DNA of 64,000 nt from Malacoraja senta (taxonomy: Eukaryota). The notes under the pieces were generated by a model, which was not told where the DNA came from, did not search any database, and worked only from the letters and a program-made list of their open reading frames with translations. The translations under genes were made by a program, and so were the position numbers. The DNA lies in assembly GCA_038087875.1 (NCBI GenBank), contig CM075979.1:73718001-73782000 (forward strand). The letters are read 5' to 3'. This document shows positions 63,836-64,000 of the stretch, piece after piece (within the stretch, counting starts at the first letter, position 1; the number at the start of each line of letters is the position of its first letter).

Positions 63836-64000
63836 TCTGCCTTCCGGAGCTGCCACTGCGGCAGACGCCTTCCGGAGGTGCTGCTGAGAAGTCGAGCCCG
63901 GAGCCACACGGCCCGGACCTCATGGGTTGACTAATCGGTGCCTGGGTCTGTGGAGCCCGTGGCTGGGGCCTGGGTCAGCGTCACGGAGGCGTCCAGAGAG

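Overview
Vertebrate genomic DNA; the repeat complement (CR1-like LINEs, HE1-type SINEs, Penelope-derived repeats, Rex1/Babar, Tc1, hAT and Harbinger MITEs) suggests a cartilaginous fish, probably a skate or ray (inference). The window is three contigs separated by two exactly 200-N gaps (11038-11237, 49900-50099). Contig 1 carries three + strand exons of an ETV6/ETV7-family gene (PNT/SAM domain); no ETS-domain exons are visible. Contig 2 carries the 3' half of a MICAL3-like gene on the + strand (11 exons, including three short cassette exons, ending in the bMERB domain and stop at 45593). Contig 3 carries the preceding MICAL3 exons on the - strand. The two halves are complementary and splice-phase compatible across the gaps, so contig 2 is most likely mis-oriented in the assembly (a real inversion is the less likely alternative). 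Other highlights: a dispersed family of short Penelope-derived repeats carrying minimal hammerhead-ribozyme cores (some with target-site duplications, some as inverted pairs); a full-length Passport/Eagle-like Tc1 element with an open DD34E transposase; and candidate unannotated micro- and stop-containing exons with a TGCATG cluster in MICAL3 introns. All homology statements rest on recalled family sequences, not on database searches.
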